Assembly (NCBI GenBank): GCA_004431415.1
Contig: QPMI01000047.1
Coordinates: forward strand, 62,001 to 126,000
Source of the DNA: Cyanophora paradoxa CCMP329
Lineage: Eukaryota > Plantae > Glaucophyta
Direction of reading: 5' to 3'
Length of the DNA stretch: 64,000 bases
A program made the position numbers and the translations under genes. The notes beneath the pieces were generated by a model. That model did no database searches. It was not told where the DNA came from and saw nothing but the letters and a program-made list of their open reading frames with translations. Below, piece by piece: positions 42,490 to 55,065 of this stretch; position 1 is the stretch's first letter, and the number at the start of each line of letters is the position of its first letter.

Positions 42490-44271
42490 GCATAAGCGTA
42501 CGCATGCGCATATGCATACGTATACGTGTATACGTATACGGACGATCGTCGTATACGTACACGTGCTCATATGCATTTTGGCAATGTTCGGCCTTGCAAT
42601 CGTCGTCCATGGCCAGTACAGCGATTGCACCGCCTACACAAACTGCCGGGACTGCACAACCGCCGCAGGTTCGATCCGATCCGCCGGCCATGGGCGCGCG
42701 CGCGACGTCGACATGCATATGTACATGTACCGTATACGTAGCACATCCCGATCTGATCATCCCTGATCTGATCATGAACGTGCATGCGCAGATATCGATT
42801 TAGAATGCTTTTACTGCAGGTCCCGCTCCTCCAGCTCGAAGTTCCACTGCTTCAACATCGACGAGGACGACGTAACCGATTGCTCGGATCCGAATGTGAA
42901 GTCGAACATCTTCTTCTTTCCATCGGAGCGCCCCAGAACAGACTCTGCTGGATCCTGGAGCCCGAGCTCGGGCACCGGGAGCTCGAGCTCGAGCTCGGGC
43001 ACCGGATCCTCCAACTCGGGCCCGGCCGCGGGTCCTGCAGCTGATTCCTCGAAGTCGGATTCGAAGCCGTTCATCTCCGCGGACACGGCGTGCACGTGGT
43101 TCAAATCGACCGGCGGCATCGTCTTCATGGCCATCGCTGCGCTCGGCCTCTTGGTCGTCTTCATCGTCATCGCTTGCTGGTGCGCTCACCCGGGTTGCAA
43201 TGGATCCGGAGTACTAAAGCTTAAGCTTGTGAGCTCGAGCTTGCGATTGCGATGGATAAACGTTAAACGCTGCAATTGCAATTGGAAACGTGGACTCGAC
43301 TCGGCGAGCTCAACCAGCCCGCGGTTCGCAGGTGTGCTAAAAGAGGATCGTCCGCATACGCTGCCAAGGCAGCAGCAGCGCGTCAGTCCTCCCAGGATTA
43401 CGAGGCTCCCGGGCAGAGCCTAATCGCGCTAGTCGCGAGTGTGTTCTCGTCGGACGTCGAAGCCATCGCCCCGGTCAGAGAAACCCCCATGGCCATTGCA
43501 ACCCTTGCGGAATCGACTTCTGCCAGCATTTCATACTGTCCCGAACCCAGTCGCGCGCTCTTCATGCTCTCGTACGTCTGGGGAGAGGTACTCCCAACCC
43601 CTTCCCTCCCTCTCGCCTTTAAGTTGCCGGTTCTCATGATCATGCATACTTAAGCTTATACTCTCGAATTCCTCAGTGCCTTACTCCCGACAAAAATGAA
43701 ATGATGCCCGGTTATCAAAGCATCATCCGCACGGCATGCGCCGTCGCAAAGGAATCTGGCTACCCCGGGGGCGGGCCGTGGGCGGACTTCATCTGTATCG
43801 ACCAGAAAGCTTCCCCCGAGGTGAAAATGAAGCAGGTCATCGCAGGCTGGGACGGGTACGTGAGTTTGAGCCAGATCAATGTCGACGTCTGCGTCGATTT
43901 AGTATATATATTATGTCTGACTGCGATTCTGACCGGTACCGAGTGCAGGTACTCCGATTGTTTGAGCCTGCTTATGTATATGTGCACCCCCGAGAGAGCA
44001 AAAAGGCTGCGGCATTACCTGTACGGGACGGGCATGGCCGAGCTCAACATGCGGCTTGCTTCTGCAGCGCAGGAGCAAGAAGAATACAAGCAAAGGCGCA
44101 CATCCTTCGAGGTCATGGGGCAGTTTGGCGACGAGCAGCATTGGATGCAAGCGGATAGATTCGAGAAGGCCGCCAGGAGGGCATTCGTGTTTGAGTTCGT
44201 ACCGAAGCGAGTGTGGATCATTTCAGAACTTGCGTTAATGTGCATCAATGACAAGATCGTTCAGAACCTTG
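42490..44271 (+). CDS. Single-pass membrane protein with cytoplasmic HET domain (spliced; 3' end cut at an AT-rich junction; possibly a pseudogene)
   Basis: Signal-like segment plus CTAYTNCRDC; Ser/Gly stalk; TM IVFMAIAALGLLVVFIVIACW; in-frame introns lead to LFMLSYVWGE|..IIRTACAVAKESG..WADFICIDQ..EVKMKQV..KRVWIISE. Confidence 0.7.
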
Positions 44272-44342
44272 ACACATATAAAAACAAATATTATTATCCC
44301 TCGCGTTCCGCTCAGGATAATAATATTTGTTTTTATATGTGT
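44272..44342. other. Perfect 28-bp-stem hairpin (second copy at ~47654-47723)
   Basis: ACACATATAAAAACAAATATTATTATCC (44272-44299), 15-nt loop, exact reverse complement at 44315-44342. Confidence 0.9.
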
Positions 44343-44600
44343 GTTACTATAAGTTATATAAAGATATTAGCATTTTTATCATAGTGTATATCGATATGTG
44401 ATATGTATTCTATCGGTAGTTCGTAAATGAATCAATAAAAATAATATAAGTATCGTGGAATCTTTGTAAAATATGTATATATAATATGTAATCGCGATAT
44501 AGCCGATATGTGTTTACGATGCGCGATGTGTATCTAAAACAACTACAATGTGCTGCTTGGGACGCGCCTCATATAGTCATGTGTATCACCTACGTAGCTT

Positions 44601-45620
44601 CGATAGGGTGGGGCGGGTGGGGTGAGGTGGGGCATTTTTTTGAATTCCCTAAAATGTTTCACTCCCAAAAATTCTTGGTCAAAAAAGACCCCACCCAACC
44701 CCACTTACCCCTTCCTGTATTATTCTCTTTATCTATGATTGATTTCAATGTAATTTAAATATAAATATGTATGATTGAGTATGTTAAATTAATACTGGGT
44801 GGGGTGTGAGGGTGGGGTGTGAGTGGTATCGGTATGGTAGTCCAATCTAAGATGGCACACATAAAATCATGATGTGTTATTTTTACTTCCGGTTTGATAC
44901 TTATCGGACTTCGATAACTTCGATAGGGTGGGGCGGGTGGGGTGAGGTGGGGCATTTTTTTGAATTCCCTAAAATAATTCCCCCTCAAAAATTCTTGGTC
45001 AAAAAAGACCCCACCCAACCCCACTTACCCCACCCTGTATCTTTTATTATATTTATGATTGATTTCAATGTAATTAATGTATAAAGTATAGAGATTATGT
45101 ATGTTAAATTAATACCGGGTGGGGTGTGAGGGTGGGGTGTGAAAGTGGTATCAGCCAACCATTTAATAATTACGATATTGAACCGACGTGATACCGACGA
45201 GATATGATATATTCAGATCGTATTAGAACGGCGCGATCACTAAGAAAAACAAGTATCATGTGCTGTATATTTCGCGATCCCTGAATCGCGAATCGATAGG
45301 GTGGGGTGAGAAAGTGGGGCACCACCCTCACTGTATACACTGTGATATGATCGCAATCCCGATGTAGCCTACTATGATATCGTGCGGACTTCGATAGGGT
45401 GGGGTAAGTGGGGTGAGGTGGGGCATTTTTTTGAATCCCTTAAATTTTTGGGGGTCAAATATTTTTGGGCAAAAAAGACCCCACCCAACCCCACCCTCCC
45501 CACCCTGTATTACTTATCGATACACCTCACTTATTTCAATGTATAAACTCTATTAAATTAGATAGTAAATATGTATAGAAATAACGAGATTGTAGTATAG
45601 GGTGGGGTGTAGGGTGGGGG
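44601..45620. repeat. Triple array of a ~220-bp G-rich iteron/AT-rich cassette (44601-44818, 44921-45138, 45392-45620; mini copy ~45294)
   Basis: CGATAGGGTGGGG..GGTGAGGTGGGGCATTTTTT..AAAAAAGACCCCACCCAACCCCAC..CTGTAT..TTCAATGT..GGGTGGGGTGT(G)AGGGTGGGG. Confidence 0.9.
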
Positions 45621-47981
45621 CAAAATGCAAACTGAATCAGTGCGATATAATTTAGTGAACACAAAGTGGATATGACATTCCCGTACCCCCGAAAAGAGCG
45701 CGGGAGCACGGGAACAGCGCAGCAACGCGTTCTACGGCTAGCGTAGGACGATAGTTGCGTTGGTAAGTGCTTCCCGACCCTCGGACCGAGGCGTCCCAGC
45801 AATCTGCTCGTAAGAGCCTGCTCTGCTGCGCAATGCGCAAGCCCATCGCTGCTGCCCAGGACCCCCTGTCCGCAGTTCGTAAACACGCCTGTCCTCCCCA
45901 GGACGCGGAAGACCGAGGCCGCGCTCAGGCCGTCACTTTCACACGGCGCCCGTCTAACGGACGCGTGCACGCGCAGATCTGTAGGCGAACGGCCATATGG
46001 CTGACGCTAACGGTGACCTACACAACGCGGATCCGATGGATCCGCGCCAAGGTGGAGAAGGGGACGACCCGGCGGCGCCCGCAGACGGCGGAGGCGAAGA
46101 ACCCTTCGACGAAGATCTCATCGACTTCGATGGAGCCGCAGAAGAAGAAGATCTGCCTACGGGCCTCGTCAAGCAAGTCCCACGGATCCCGCCCAACCCG
46201 CAGGCCGGCGACGGCTCGCCGGCCGCGGAACGCCATCGGCAAATCGGACTGGAGGAGCTCCGTCCCCCAGCACAGTCCGTTGCAGTCTACTTCACTCCGT
46301 TGCAGCTCGTCCCGGTCAAGTACGCGAACCAGACGCTCAGCCCCAACGGGCCGGGAGCACCGGGAGCTCGAGCTCGAGCTCGGGCACCGGATCCTCCAAC
46401 TCGGGCCCGGCCGCGGGTCCTGCAGCTGATTCCTCGAAGTCGGATTCGAAGCCGTTCATCTCCGCGGACACGGCGTGCACGTGGTTCAAATCGACCGGCG
46501 GCATCGTCTTCATGGCCATCGCTGCGCTCGGCCTCTTGGTCGTCTTCATCGTCATCGCTTGCTGGTGCGCTCACCCGGGTTGCAATGGATCCGGAGTACT
46601 AAAGCTTAAGCTTGTGAGCTCGAGCTTGCGATTGCGATGGATAAACGTTAAACGCTGCAATTGCAATTGGAAACGTGGACTCGACTCGGCGAGCTCAACC
46701 AGCCCGCGGTTCGCAGGTGTGCTAAAAGAGGATCGTCCGCATACGCTGCCAAGGCAGCAGCAGCGCGTCAGTCCTCCCAGGATTACGAGGCTCCCGGGCA
46801 GAGCCTAATCGCGCTAGTCGCGAGTGTGTTCTCGTCGGACGTCGAAGCCATCGCCCCGGTCAGAGAAACCCCCATGGCCATTGCAACCCTTGCGGAATCG
46901 ACTTCTGCCAGCATTTCATACTGTCCCGAACCCAGTCGCGCGCTCTTCATGCTCTCGTACGTCTGGGGAGAGGTACTCCCAACCCCTTCCCTCCCTCTCG
47001 CCTTTAAGTTGCCGGTTCTCATGATCATGCATACTTAAGCTTATACTCTCGAATTCCTCAGTGCCTTACTCCCGACAAAAATGAAATGATGCCGGTTATC
47101 AAAGCATCATCCGCACGGCATGCGCCGTCGCAAAGGAATCTGGCTACCCGGGGGCGGGCCGTGGGCGGACTTCATCTGTATCGACCAGAAAGCTTCCCCG
47201 AGGTGAAAATGAAGCAGGTCATCGCAGGCTGGGACGGGTACGTGAGTTTGAGCCAGATCAATGTCGACGTCTGCGTCGATTTAGTATATATATTATGTCT
47301 GACTGCGATTCTGACCGGTACCGAGTGCAGGTACTCCGATTGTTTGAGCCTGCTTATGTATATGTGCACCCCCGAGAGAGCAAAAAGGCTGCGGCATTAC
47401 CTGTACGGGACGGGCATGGCCGAGCTCAACATGCGGCTTGCTTCTGCAGCGCAGGAGCAAGAAGAATACAAGCAAAGGCGCACATCCTTCGAGGTCATGG
47501 GGCAGTTTGGCGACGAGCAGCATTGGATGCAAGCGGATAGATTCGAGAAGGCCGCCAGGAGGGCATTCGTGTTTGAGTTCGTACCGAAGCGAGTGTGGAT
47601 CATTTCAGAACTTGCGTTAATGTGCATCAATGACAAGATCGTTCAGAACCTTGACACATATAAAAACAAATATTATTATCCTCGCGTTCCGCTCAGGATA
47701 ATAATATTTGTTTTTATATGTGTGTTACTATAAGTTATATAAAGATATTAGCATTTTTATCATAGTGTATATCGATATGTGATATGTATTCTATCGGTAG
47801 TTCGTAAATGAATCAATAAAAATAATATAAGTATCGTGGAATCTTTGTAAAATATGTATATATAATATGTAATCGCGATATAGCCGATATGTGTTTACGA
47901 TGCGCGATGTGTATCTAAAACAACTACAATGTGCTGCTTGGGACGCGCCTCATATAGTCATGTGTATCACCTACGTAGCTT

Positions 47982-49000
47982 CGATAGGGTGGGGCGGGTG
48001 GGGTGAGGTGGGGCATTTTTTTGAATTCCCTAAAATGTTTCACTCCCAAAAATTCTTGGTCAAAAAGACCCCACCCAACCCCACTTACCCCTTCCTGTAT
48101 TATTCTCTTTATCTATGATTGATTTCAATGTAATTTAAATATAAATATGTATGATTGAGTATGTTAAATTAATACTGGGTGGGGTGTGAGGGTGGGTGTG
48201 AGTGGTATCGGTATGGTAGTCCAATCTAAGATGGCACACATAAAATCATGATGTGTTATTTTTACTTCCGGTTTGATACTTATCGGACTTCGATAACTTC
48301 GATAGGGTGGGGCGGGTGGGGTGAGGTGGGGCATTTTTTTGAATTCCCTAAAATAATTCCCCCTCAAAAATTCTTGGTCAAAAAAGACCCCACCCAACCC
48401 CACTTACCCCACCCTGTATCTTTTATTATATTTATGATTGATTTCAATGTAATTAATGTATAAAGTATAGAGATTATGTATGTTAAATTAATACCGGGTG
48501 GGGTGTGAGGGTGGGGTGTGAAAGTGGTATCAGCCAACCATTTAATAATTACGATATTGAACCGACGTGATACCGACGAGATATGATATATTCAGATCGT
48601 ATTAGAACGGCGCGATCACTAAGAAAAACAAGTATCATGTGCTGTATATTTCGCGATCCCTGAATCGCGAATCGATAGGGTGGGGTGAGAAAGTGGGGCA
48701 CCACCCTCACTGTATACACTGTGATATGATCGCAATCCCGATGTAGCCTACTATGATATCGTGCGGACTTCGATAGGGTGGGGTAAGTGGGGTGAGGTGG
48801 GGCATTTTTTTGAATCCCTTAAATTTTTGGGGGGTCAAATATTTTTGGGCAAAAAAGACCCCACCCAACCCCACCCTCCCCACCCTGTATTACTTATCGA
48901 TACACCTCACTTATTTCAATGTATAAACTCTATTAAATTAGATAGTAAATATGTATAGAAATAACGAGATTGTAGTATAGGGTGGGGTGTAGGGTGGGGG
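47982..49000. repeat. Second triple array of the same cassette (duplicated copy)
   Basis: Units start at 47982, 48300 and 48771. Confidence 0.9.
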
Positions 49001-49376
49001 CAAAATGCAAACTGAATCAGTGCGATATAATTTAGTGAACACAAAGTGGATATGACATTCCCGTACCCCCGAAAAGAGCGCGGGAGCACGGGAACAGCGC
49101 AGCAACGCGTTCTACGGCTAGCGTAGGACGATAGTTGCGTTGGTAAGTGCTTCCCGACCCTCGGACCGAGGCGTCCCAGCAATCTGCTCGTAAGAGCCTG
49201 CTCTGCTGCGCAATGCGCAAGCCCATCGCTGCTGCCCAGGACCCCCTGTCCGCAGTTCGTAAACACGCCTGTCCTCCCCAGGACGCGGAAGACCGAGGCC
49301 GCGCTCAGGCCGTCACTTTCACACGGCGCCCGTCTAACGGACGCGTGCACGCGCAGATCTGTAGGCGAACGGCCAT

Positions 49377-51893
49377 ATGGCTGACGCTAACGGTGACCTA
49401 CACAACGCGGATCCGATGGATCCGCGCCAAGGTGGAGAAGGGGACGACCCGGCGGCGCCCGCAGACGGCGGAGGCGAAGAACCCTTCGACGAAGATCTCA
49501 TCGACTTCGATGGAGCCGCAGAAGAAGAAGATCTGCCTACGGGCCTCGTCAAGCAAGTCCCACGGATCCCGCCCAACCCGCAGGCCGGCGACGGCTCGCC
49601 GGCCGCGGAACGCCATCGGCAAATCGGACTGGAGGAGCTCCGTCCCCCAGCACAGTCCGTTGCAGTCTACTTCACTCCGTTGCAGCTCGTCCCGGTCAAG
49701 TACGCGAACCAGACGCTCAGCCCCAACGGGCCGAGCGTGGCCCCGATTGGCGAACGACGAGCCATGATCCTTGACGTGAGTACACGCTTATGCCCACATC
49801 ATATGCACGTTTGCGCCCAGCTGACGGAGGGGACGCAGGAAATCTCCAAACGGAACATCGCGCACGGCGGAGTCCGCGAAGACTACCCGTACAAGGGCTG
49901 CATCGGAGTCATGGCGCCAGAAGACGTCATGAAGAACATCAATTACGCCGCGGCTAGCCGGGTGAGTGTTCCCAGTGAGCAGGGTCAATCACGACCACCC
50001 GATTTGATCCCGGTGGTCGCAGTGGGCAAAGGCGACCGTCGCCAAACTGCGAGTGACCACGGGCACCGCACAACTAGTAGCGAAGAACACCTACTACATT
50101 GGCCCGCCAGTTCAGGTGCGCGGCGGACCCAAACTGAAGAGACGCTCTCCGGACGTCGACTGATTGGGCGCAGCTGAACCCGCAAGCACGGATCTTCATT
50201 GATGACAAGGCGAATGCGCCGATGCTGGTGATGGACGGCGCGCCGGTTTTCGGAAGCACGATCCCGTTCCGCCCCGACGGCAACTTCTCCGAGCGCACGA
50301 ACGACGCCGTCCGTTACGTCATCCGCGAGCTCCTGCGCATCGTCGAACGTGAAGTATCGACGGATAAGAACTACGTCCCGCTGCCGAGCGAGAAGGTTCC
50401 CAGACCTGGACCGGACCATGACCGCCGCCACCAGCAACTGACCATGGCTCCTGGAGCGCAGGTTGATGCGCAGTGCCTCGGATTCAAGGTCCTTGGCTTT
50501 GCGGGAACACCGAGCGCGGTGCGGGACAAGATGCTGATGCTCGAACCACCACGGATCGTCGTCACCATCCACAACGCCAAACTGGCTGAGAAGTGCGTGC
50601 GGCCCGCCTCGCGAGCGGAAGTGAGCGAGTACTTACGCTGTGACAGGCTGCTGGAGCTCAGCAAGGCTCGCAAACTCCAGTTCCAGACATGCCCCATCAC
50701 CATGAGCCCCGTCGACGCTGCGCCGCCGCTCCACAAGTGTGCACAGTTCACCCTGGCCGTACACCAAGATACGGCAGCGCTACCGGTACGTGTAATGCAA
50801 ACTGGCGCAAGAAGCACTCCTTTATCAAAAGGACTGATGGTTTTCACAGCTCTCGGAGATCATCAAGAGCGTGGCGCAGGACGACCGAGAAGTGGCGCTG
50901 ATCTACAACTTCTGCACGTACGACGTCGGCAAAACGACGCCGCCAGCCGAGGTCCTCCAGGTCCTTGTCCACGAAGACAAGGCCGCGGCCTGGGAGGCGG
51001 CGATGAGCCCGGCAGCAGCAGGAACGGGTCACCCGAAGTACGAGACGCTCAAGTATTCGGTGAGCATTGGCGACCCGGCGCGCGAGGGCACGCTCTGGCG
51101 GGTGCGGCCGCCGGAGGACCTCGCGGCGCGCCGGCGCTTCCGCAAGAACCTGGTGGGATGCAAGCGCCACCGCCTCCTCGCCCATTTTGCGCATCGGAAC
51201 GCAGATTGCCCAGGCCGGGGCTGGCAGCCTACGGTCGTGCAGCCGGACCCGGCGTCGGCGCAGCCAGCCGCAGCCGCGGCGGCAGAGAACGATCCCCTCG
51301 CCGCGGCGGCGGCGGGGGCAGGCAGCGCGGCACCGGGCTCCAACCCGGCGGGGCGAGGCGGCTGCGGGGGTGGCCGCGGGCAGAACCGCGGGCCCCGCCC
51401 GGGGGCAGGCGGGGCTGGTGCTGGGCGCGGCGCGGGCGGCAAGCGCACAACGGAGGCACCGGACCCCCGGGACGCCTTCTTCTCCAAGCGCCCGCGGGCC
51501 CTCGCCCGTTCAACCCGCCGGTGCCGGCCTGGGGCCCCCCACCCGGACGGCGACGGCGGCGGATCTAGCCTCGGTGATCGCCGGGGTCCCGGTGCAGGAC
51601 GGGGCCTGGCCGCCCTGGTCCCGGAAGCTGCCTCGGCGGCGGAGGGACCGCCGGGGCGCGGGCGAGCGACCCGGGGCCGTGGCCGTGGCCGCGGCGGGGG
51701 CTCGCACAGCGAACAGCGCCAGCAGGCTGGGCAGGAGCCGGGTTTCCATTTCTCCCCCCCAGTTCAGGGGGGTCTCCCGGGCTTCACAATGCCAACTTCC
51801 TCGCTGCAGCTCGCGCAGCAGATGCAGGTTAATCAGGCGATGGCGATGTTTCTTGGCGCCTCCCTAGCCGCCCAGCAGCAAGGGCGCAGCTAA
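49377..51893 (+). CDS. Spliced hypothetical protein: acidic N-terminus, CxxH-x7-H-x4-C motif, Gly/Arg-rich C-terminus (truncated 5' copy at 45997-46353)
   Basis: Short GT-AG introns (e.g. 49962-50022, ~50116-50173, ~50786-50849) join ORFs 49377, 50222 and 50871 into one frame. Confidence 0.6.
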
Positions 51894-52653
51894 GCTGTAG
51901 GACTAGTACAGTTCAGTACAAGTACCTGTACTGACCAAGTGCAGCCGGGGGCACGATAGCGCGCCACTGCGTCGGGGAGGGGGGGGCCAGGGTGGGGTGG
52001 GATAGGAAGCAGGAGGGGCGGAAGAAGTGGAACCGGAGTGCCCAGCCATGGTGGAGGCGTGATCCTCTCTGAACAACCGCTCCTATCGGGAGCGGAGGCA
52101 CCAAGTTCCCCTCCTTCCACTACCTTCTTCTTCTATCCCTCTTGCCCAGCTTATCCTCCTCATCCCGTAGAGATAGGTCCAGTAGAACGTAGCTATAGAA
52201 TAGAATTATAGAGCACAGCACTCGACGGTCCTTGGATAGAACCCAGTCGGAGAGGTTTATTTGGGCGATGTGAAACTCCTAGTAGTTGTTGTTGTGTGCT
52301 AATGCAAATCATTCACAAAGTGGATATGAAGTGGATACGAAGTGGATACGAAGGGGATAAGTGCGCCCCGCCCACTATGCAAGATACATGCAAACAACAT
52401 GCGATTTCTATGAAAACTGTAACGATTTATTCATGTATATATTTCGTATATATGTCTGAACCTCCGTGTATGCGATCCCGCGCAACTTTCGTTTTTGTTT
52501 TTCTTTTGTTTCTCATATCACGACATATACATATATATATCGGCGTCACCGACATATTCGGGGTCATCACATCGCGGCGATTCCGAAAACATATAGCATG
52601 CCACAAAGTAGTATTTTATGTTTTTGTTGTGGTATTCGACCAATCACAAGCCA

Positions 52654-52739
52654 CTAGAAAGGGGGAATACCGATTTACTAGAAAGGTCTAGAAAGGGGGG
52701 CTACCGATTTACTAGAAAGGTCTAGAAAGGGGGGATACC
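52654..52739. repeat. ~34-bp tandem repeat CTAGAAAGGGGGx(A/C)TACCGATTTACTAGAAAGGT, 2.5 copies
   Basis: Direct reading. Confidence 0.8.
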
Positions 52740-52884
52740 TAAAAACTGACATGTTAACAGGTGTCACATGTGTCAGAGTTGGTGCGCGACGGAACGCCGC
52801 CGGCTGAGCTGTCAGCACTCGCCGAAGAACGAAGATGATCACTCATGGTTGCGGCTGCGACGTGCGGTTGCGGCTGACGGCTGA

Positions 52885-52963
52885 GAAAGGAGACGAATGG
52901 GGTACGGGAAAGGAGACGAATGGGGTACGGGAAAGGAGACGAATGGGGTACGGGAAAGGAGAC
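52885..52963. repeat. 23-bp tandem repeat GAAAGGAGACGAATGGGGTACGG, 3.4 copies
   Basis: Units at 52885, 52908, 52931, partial at 52954. Confidence 0.9.
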
Positions 52964-53559
52964 AGTGCTAAGCTGGATTCTAACCAAATTACTTAATTGT
53001 TTGTTATTTTTGACTTGGGGCTCTAACTTTTAGTAAGCCTCTGACTCGGTGAGCCGCTGAGCCAACTCACCGGGCTCGGCGGTCGGCGGTAACCTATACT
53101 ATGATACTTGCCAGTTGCATTTTTGAAGTTGCAAAGTTGGAGTCCCGGAGTCCCGAGTCCCGAGCCCCGAGTCCCGAGTCCCGAGTCCCGACTCGATAAC
53201 ACCGCGATCGCGACTCGGCGGCGACCCCCCCTTCCGTTTTCCCCGCATAACTTTGGACAGGAAGCCGATCTCGGCGCGCTCTCAATTGCTACGTGCTCGT
53301 AACTTGCTTCCGGGCATGATGGTGCTACTTTGACTAGCTAACGCGACCGTTGCGCGACGCGCAAGTTCGCCATCGGCACAAGTGCCCGAAAACCGAGGTG
53401 TCCCCTACGTCGTGCGCGCCGGCGCGCGTTCCCGTGAGGCTCCACTAGTCATACTTTGCATCCGTGTCCGTATAGAGTTTTTTCTACACTACTACAAAGC
53501 GGCGCGGTCTGATTCGCAAAGCGCGCGATTTGGCGGCTACGAAAGCACCGCCGCGCCTA

Positions 53560-55041
53560 CTACTTTCGTGGTCTCAGAGTCGCTTTTCGATCGCCATTAG
53601 CTACCGGCGCTACCGTTGCTACTTTTCTACTACTTCTTAATGTAGCTTTGGTTTCCGGCGCTTTATAGCTCTCAGTCTGATCAGAGAACGACTTATACCA
53701 TCGTTGGCTATTCACGCCGCCGGATAGCTTAGGCTCGGCGGCGGTTACTAGCCGCTGTAATTCTTTATTTACGCGTTTCTCTTTTTGCACGCGATCCTCT
53801 AATAGAGTGCCTTGCGGCACAGTCGCGGCGGCTTCTATGCCCTCTCTACGCAATTGCGCATCGACGCGCGCCTCGTCCTTTGCCGCCTCTAATGCGTCTA
53901 CTGTGGGCGCCATTAGGTAATCCACAGCTTGGACAGGGAATAGCTCGTGGAAGGCAAAGCGACCCTCTACGCGATTGCCGTCCGGATCAGTTAGCATAAA
54001 CTTATAGCCCTCGCGCGCGGCGACAGTATACACGATTCGGCTCCAATTGTTACCGCCCTTCGCGAATGGCGTCTTCTCGATCCGTAGCCTTACTGACATG
54101 CCCGGCTGAATCTGATCCAAATAAGCTATCGATTTCTTGAATTTCGCATCTTCTTTTTGCACTATAAGCTTATAGTGACTCTCGTTGGTCTCGGCGGGCA
54201 TATAGCCGGTCGCAGAGTGCACCGTATTATTATAATTATATTCCAGAGACGAAAGGACATCTATAAATCGAGCCGTATTATTCGCGATGCAGTAGCTCGT
54301 GATCAGCCGCCGCATTTGCTTGTTAAATGCTTCTATGCGCCCTTGCGCGCGATGGTCGGCTGTGTCCGCTATCTGATGCTCGATAAACTGATTCTCGAAA
54401 TATTTGCGCATAATATCATTGCGGAATTCGCTTCCCGCATCGCTTTGCACTTTGAAAATTGGTCTCGGCGCCTTATTTTGCAGCTGTATAAAGGCGGCTA
54501 AGGTCGACGCCGCGGACTTATCCCGCATCGGGATAATGAACCCGACCCGTAATGTGTTCTCCATAGCCGTGAGAAAAGCACTGTAATTATCATTATACTT
54601 CGAGTAAGCGGGAAAGAATAGCAGATCAATTACGTAGGTATCGAGAGGCTGTCGGATCGGTATAGCAGGGTCTCGTTTGCGGGATAGGTGCGGCGCATTA
54701 ATCTGAACGACCTCTTGCCGGCTATACCACTCTTGCAATTTCTTATAATTCTCGTCGGGCAGCTCTTGCCGTAGCTTAGTGATCCCTTTAAAGCCGGTTT
54801 GCGGACTGTAAAACTTCCGGGCAATTTTCGATTCCTCCGGGACAGCAAGGGCTACGGGCACGTCGCGGGGCACCAAAGCCTTTAAATCAGACCGCTTTAC
54901 TATGCGGCTCTCTTTATTCTCTTTCGGCACGGGGATCGGCAATGTGCTCCCCTCTAAATCTTGCGATCGTCTTACTATCGGCGGTCTTGACATCCTTGTC
55001 ATCAGACAATAAAAAAGATCAATGTAACATTTTACTCGCAC
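53560..55041 (-). CDS. Retroviral-like (rve) integrase; true start probably ATG at ~55002 or ~54993
   Basis: YVIDLL, QSDAGSEF, RIEAFNKQM (D,D,E), YNNTVHSATG, FAKG..NWS. Confidence 0.92.
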   Translation of the reverse strand: MRVKCYIDLFYCLMTRMSRPPIVRRSQDLEGSTLPIPVPKENKESRIVKRSDLKALVPRDVPVALAVPEESKIARKFYSPQTGFKGITKLRQELPDENYKKLQEWYSRQEVVQINAPHLSRKRDPAIPIRQPLDTYVIDLLFFPAYSKYNDNYSAFLTAMENTLRVGFIIPMRDKSAASTLAAFIQLQNKAPRPIFKVQSDAGSEFRNDIMRKYFENQFIEHQIADTADHRAQGRIEAFNKQMRRLITSYCIANNTARFIDVLSSLEYNYNNTVHSATGYMPAETNESHYKLIVQKEDAKFKKSIAYLDQIQPGMSVRLRIEKTPFAKGGNNWSRIVYTVAAREGYKFMLTDPDGNRVEGRFAFHELFPVQAVDYLMAPTVDALEAAKDEARVDAQLRREGIEAAATVPQGTLLEDRVQKEKRVNKELQRLVTAAEPKLSGGVNSQRWYKSFSDQTESYKAPETKATLRSSRKVATVAPVANGDRKATLRPRK

Positions 55042-55065
55042 GCGACAAGAAAAGGTTTTGTTTAT

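Larger units (their letters stand above)
42972..49733. repeat. 3.38-kb tandem duplication (42972-46353 and 46357-49733)
   Basis: Near-identical copies; junction ..CCCCAACGGGCCG-GGA-GCACCGGGAGCTCG; the differences seen are homopolymer-length indels. Confidence 0.95.

Noticed and set aside
44601-45620. CRISPR-like repeat-spacer array
   Set aside because: Units are ~220 bp with irregular 100-250 bp gaps, and no cas genes are present; better explained by homology to 60290-60506.
53220-53560. Exact left TIR and TSD of virus 2
   Set aside because: The partner end is outside the window, so the boundary is unverifiable.
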